From NCBI GenBank assembly GCA_043228905.1, contig JBHGNT010000004.1:11904001-11968000 (forward strand): 64,000 nt of DNA, read 5' to 3'. Positions 59,901-64,000 of the stretch are shown piece by piece. How positions within the stretch are numbered: the first letter of the stretch is position 1; every line of letters starts with the position of its first letter. The notes below the pieces were generated by a model that saw only the letters and a list, made by a program, of their open reading frames with translations, did no database searches and had not been told where the DNA came from. The translations under genes were made by a program, and so were the position numbers. The stretch comes from Azolla caroliniana (taxonomy: Eukaryota; Plantae; Polypodiophyta).

Positions 59901-62900
59901 ACGGCGCACATAAAACAAAACTGACAAAATAATGCAATCACCTTTCGACGAGGAAAGTCCAAAGTACGCGTACCGACACAATCATGAGTAGGAACCAGTA
60001 AGGAAGTAACCACCCCTATATGCGGAGAGCATCAACATGTTGGACGGGTTAGCTGACAAAGAAGTCGACCGTTACTTGGAAGAATACCCGAAGATTGTGC
60101 CATTATTTGAGGTAGACATAACCGAAGCCATCATACCATATGTGATGAACCCGTGAAAGGAATCGGACGAACTGGATCAAGAAGCGATCCGGGAGTTACG
60201 ACAAGCACAAGAATCATTGGAAAGGGAAATGACTATATCCCAAAGAGTAAAAGCATCCCAGCTCGAGGAAGTGGACCTTGGTACCGACAACACACCCAGA
60301 CCGATGAACATAGCCAAAGAAATGCCACGGGACGAAAAAAAGGTGATGGTCGAATTACTCACAAGTTTCTGAGACGTGTTCTCCTGATCCTACGAGAATT
60401 GAGGATTGGATCCCCAACTTTATCAGCATCAGATCCACCTCAGCATGGACGTCAAACTGGTGGCACAACGCCACTACCAAATGAATCCCAATTATGCTGT
60501 GAAGGTCAAGGAAGAAATCAACAAGCTACTGAAAGTCGGGTTCATACGGCCAGTAAAGCAAGCAACATGGTTGAGCCCGATTGTGGTAGTACCTAAGAAA
60601 AATGGTAAGATTTGGGTATGCGTGGACTACCGGAAGCTGAATGCGGCCACAGTAACGGATGCATTCCCACTACCGTTCATGGACGGCATGTTGGATGCGG
60701 TGGCTGGGCATGAAGTATATAGTTTTTTAGACGAATTTAGCGATTACAACCAGATTCAAATGCACCCGGCAGACCAAGAGAAAACGACTTTTGTCACCGA
60801 ATGGGGGGGGGGGGGTTGTGGTTGTGGTAATGATGTTCGGGCTAAAAACGGCACCGGCAACTTTTCAACGAATCATCATGGAAATATCCGGGGAGTATAT
60901 CCCAGCATTCATGCAGGTCTTTTTAGATGATTTTGCGGTGTACAGTCGACAAGACGAACATTTGGATCACCTTCAGTTATGCTTGGAGAAATGTCAGGAA
61001 TATCGACTGAGCCTGAATCCGGCAAAGTGCGTGTTCGGAGTAACCAGTGGCAACTTGCTGGGACGTGCATTCTAAGTAAGGAGGGAATTGTGGTGGACCC
61101 CGATAAGGTGAGGGCAATCCTGGAAGCACCCGCACCAAATAATGCAAAAGCCCTAAGCTGGTTTTTAGGACAAATCCGGTGGCATAGCCAAATGTTACAG
61201 CATTTGGCTGACTTCACGACAACACTACATGCAGCAGTGCACCAATTGCCCTTTCAATGGGCAGAGCCAAAGGAAAAGGCCTATTAAGAATTAAAGGTAA
61301 TTCTCTCATAAGCCTCGGTGGTGCAACCTCCCGATTGGACGAAGAGTTTCCATGTGTTTGTCGACGCATCAGACGTAGCAATTGGCAGTGTCCTTATGCA
61401 ACTCACCAAACTGAAGTGGTACCGGCAGGTGTACTATGCAAGCCTGAAGCTCTCGAAGGCCGAACGCAACTACTCCACAACGGAAAGGGAGGCTCTCGGA
61501 ATGGTGTATAGCGTAACCAAGTACCGACACTACTTGCTAGGGCGGAAGTTTTCATTTCACGTGGACAACTCAGCACTTATTTACTTGGTGTCTAAGGCGT
61601 CGCTAACCGGGAAAATAGCAAGATGGACACTATTGTTACAGGAATTTGAGTTCGACATCTACCACCGACCCGGGGCGTAGCACGCAATAGCCGATTACTT
61701 GAGCCGATTGGAATCCGGCGAAGCAGGAGACGGAGTACGAGACGAGTTCCCTGATGCCGAGTTATTCAAGGTAATAGCAGAACCGACAACCAACTCAACA
61801 GTTGCTAAGGAGGACAAGTGGCTTACAGACATGCATCAATTCCTGAGCACCGGATTACCTCCCGACAAAATGGATCGGGACAAACGGAAGAGATTAGCGG
61901 TCTGAGGCCGCCACTTTTGCCTCATCCAGGATACCCTATATCACAAAGGGGTAGACGGAATCTGGCAGCAGGTGGTGCACAGCGACGAAAAAGAAACGAT
62001 TTTAAGAGAAGCCCACTACGGAAAAGCTAGAGGCCACTATGCCGGCGATGCGACAACCCACAATATATGGCAAAGCGGGTTATGGTGGCCAACAACCTTA
62101 AAAGACGCCATCAAGTACAATAAGGAATGTGACCTCTGCCAACGATTAGGCCAACCAACCGAGCATGCATGAATGCCCCATCACTCGGTATTACCATTAG
62201 AACCATTCCAGAAATGGGGACTGGACTTTGTCGAACCATTCAAACCACCAATAATGAGGACCGGTAACATATACATTATCGGTGCCACTGACTATTGCAC
62301 GAAATGGGTGGAAGCAAAGGCACTCAGGGATAATACGGCGGCATCCACAACAAAGTTCCTATACGAGCTTATATGGTGCTAGTATGGCTGTCCGATTGAA
62401 CTAATAAGCGGTCACAACGTGTTATGTGGTAGTCCACAAACGCAGTACCCCATACTACCCACAGGCAAACGAACTGGCTGAATCCACAAATAAGACACTA
62501 CAAAATATACTCCGGAAAATCGTCAACCAAAACCGAACGGATTGGGACACAAAGTTGCAGAGCGCGTTATGGGCGTACCGGACAACCTACAAGACAAGCA
62601 TACACACAACCCCGTTCCGATTAGCATTTGGATTGAAAGTGGTCATGCCAATCGAGTTTCAGATTCTGAGTTTACAAATCCACGTCAAAGAGCGTTTGAG
62701 TGAAAAGAAGTCGGAGAAGATCCAGTTGGCAACATTGTGCGAACTAGAGGAGCATTGGATAACTAGCTTAATACAGCTAGAGCTAGAGCAACGACGACGG
62801 AAAGCGTTTGTGGACAAGCATCGACGCAGCAACGAGAAGGAATTCAACATCAGAAAACCGGTCTTGGTTTTCCAGACCTGGATGGGCAGCATGCCGGGGA

Positions 62901-64000
62901 AGTTACGGTTTCGATGGACCGGCCCATTCTGGGTAACAAGGGAGTTTAATGGGTCCTACCAGCTAAGCACATTAGCCGGAGAACTTCTAAGAAAATGGGT
63001 CAACGGATTCTGACTAAAACCGTACAAAGGACAGATGCTGGAAAATTTGTTTAAAGGCGAAGAGAACCCACAAAATACCGGAAACCGGATAAAAGGCAGC
63101 ATGACACCAGAGGTAACCGATTCGGTGGAACCGGGCACCACCGGTAAGCAAGGTCATCTAATTTTAAAAAAACAAAAAAAATTAAGTAAAGAAAAGTAGT
63201 CAGAAAACGATGGTCATGATGCAAAAAGGTGGAGGAAGCAAAAGGTGGGACGGCTATTATTAGGGCAAAAGATATTATTGCGAACAGACGCCAGCGAACA
63301 GGCGGGACGCGGTTATTTAAAGCACAAGACCAGGGTACACATACTAATTATGGTCCGGAGCATGCATGCATAGGAACTGAGAACTGGCGGGTCAAGAAGA
63401 TGGGGGTACAAAATCAAAGGCCAACCGAGGGAATGGTCCTTAGAGAACTTTGATTGTGGCGAGCGCAGAAAAGCACACGAACCCTCAGACACACAGAGCA
63501 CAACCTCCTCGCAAAGAAGCACACCGACAACGACGAAGAAGACTCAGGTCCCATGGCGCTTTCCAATGCAGCACGCGAATGGTTCACCAAGAACGGACTC
63601 GAGGGATTCCTTCGCATCGTAGACACACCACCGCATGAGCACCCAGAATAGGTCGCACCAACGATCAACCTTTAAGAAATAACGAAGGGCACAATCCATG
63701 CCCTCACAGGATTACAAGCGGGGGAGGGGAGGGGGGACTTTGAGCAGTGGAGAACCCATCCACAGAGACATTAAACGAGTATTTCGGCGAGTATTCCCTC
63801 ATTAGCAAGGCGTACCGAACATAAGGGGGAGAAAATCCTCTATTCTAGGAGGTGGCCCGACTGCTGCTAGAATATGGGTTCGCACTCACGACCATTGGCC
63901 ATACCAAAATACAGAACCGGATTCATTATAGCAGCATACGAGGGGCTGAAGGTGGATTGGGTGAAGATCATCACCGAATGCTTGAAATCCGCCATAGAAT
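56981..64000 (+). mobile_element. Ty3/gypsy non-chromovirus element (relative of 24193-33509): 5' LTR 56981-57379, PBS 57386-57397, degenerate gag-pol ~57554-63160, extra ORF from ~63553; runs off the window
   Basis: Collinear protein similarity with the 24193-33509 element; many stops and frameshifts. Confidence 0.92.

Noticed and set aside
60803-60815. G13 run as a programmed frameshift or G-quadruplex signal
   Set aside because: It lies in the middle of RT where the sister element has TGGGGAGTG; best explained as homopolymer slippage or a sequencing error in a dead copy.

Overview
Repeat-rich plant genomic DNA, probably from a fern or another seed-free land plant (inferred from the TE lineages and a PLS-type PPR relic). 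There is one intact host gene, a 7-exon plastid lipoyl synthase (LIP1p, 14834-18870, +). It is flanked by a full-length but disabled hAT DNA transposon (9322-14050, 8-bp TSD) and a LINE fragment. Most of the rest is a deeply nested set of LTR retrotransposons: several Ty1/copia copies and solo LTRs, an apparently intact young chromovirus (37947-45051, 1467-aa ORF), an RT-less self-priming Tcn1/Tf1-type chromovirus (47452-50986), and a non-chromovirus Ty3/gypsy family with an extra 3' ORF. The most notable observation is in that last family. In two independent, diverged copies (7363-7392 and 33510-33550) there is no polypurine tract before the 3' LTR. Its place is taken by a sequence resembling the 3' part of tRNA-Arg (T-arm plus acceptor-CCA), ending 2 nt from the LTR, i.e. 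a second, inverted primer-binding site. This suggests tRNA-primed plus-strand synthesis (dual tRNA priming). Both LTRs carrying it also sit in head-to-tail tandem junctions. All coordinates and alignments were read by eye, and tRNA identities come from recalled plant tRNA 3' ends and need checking.
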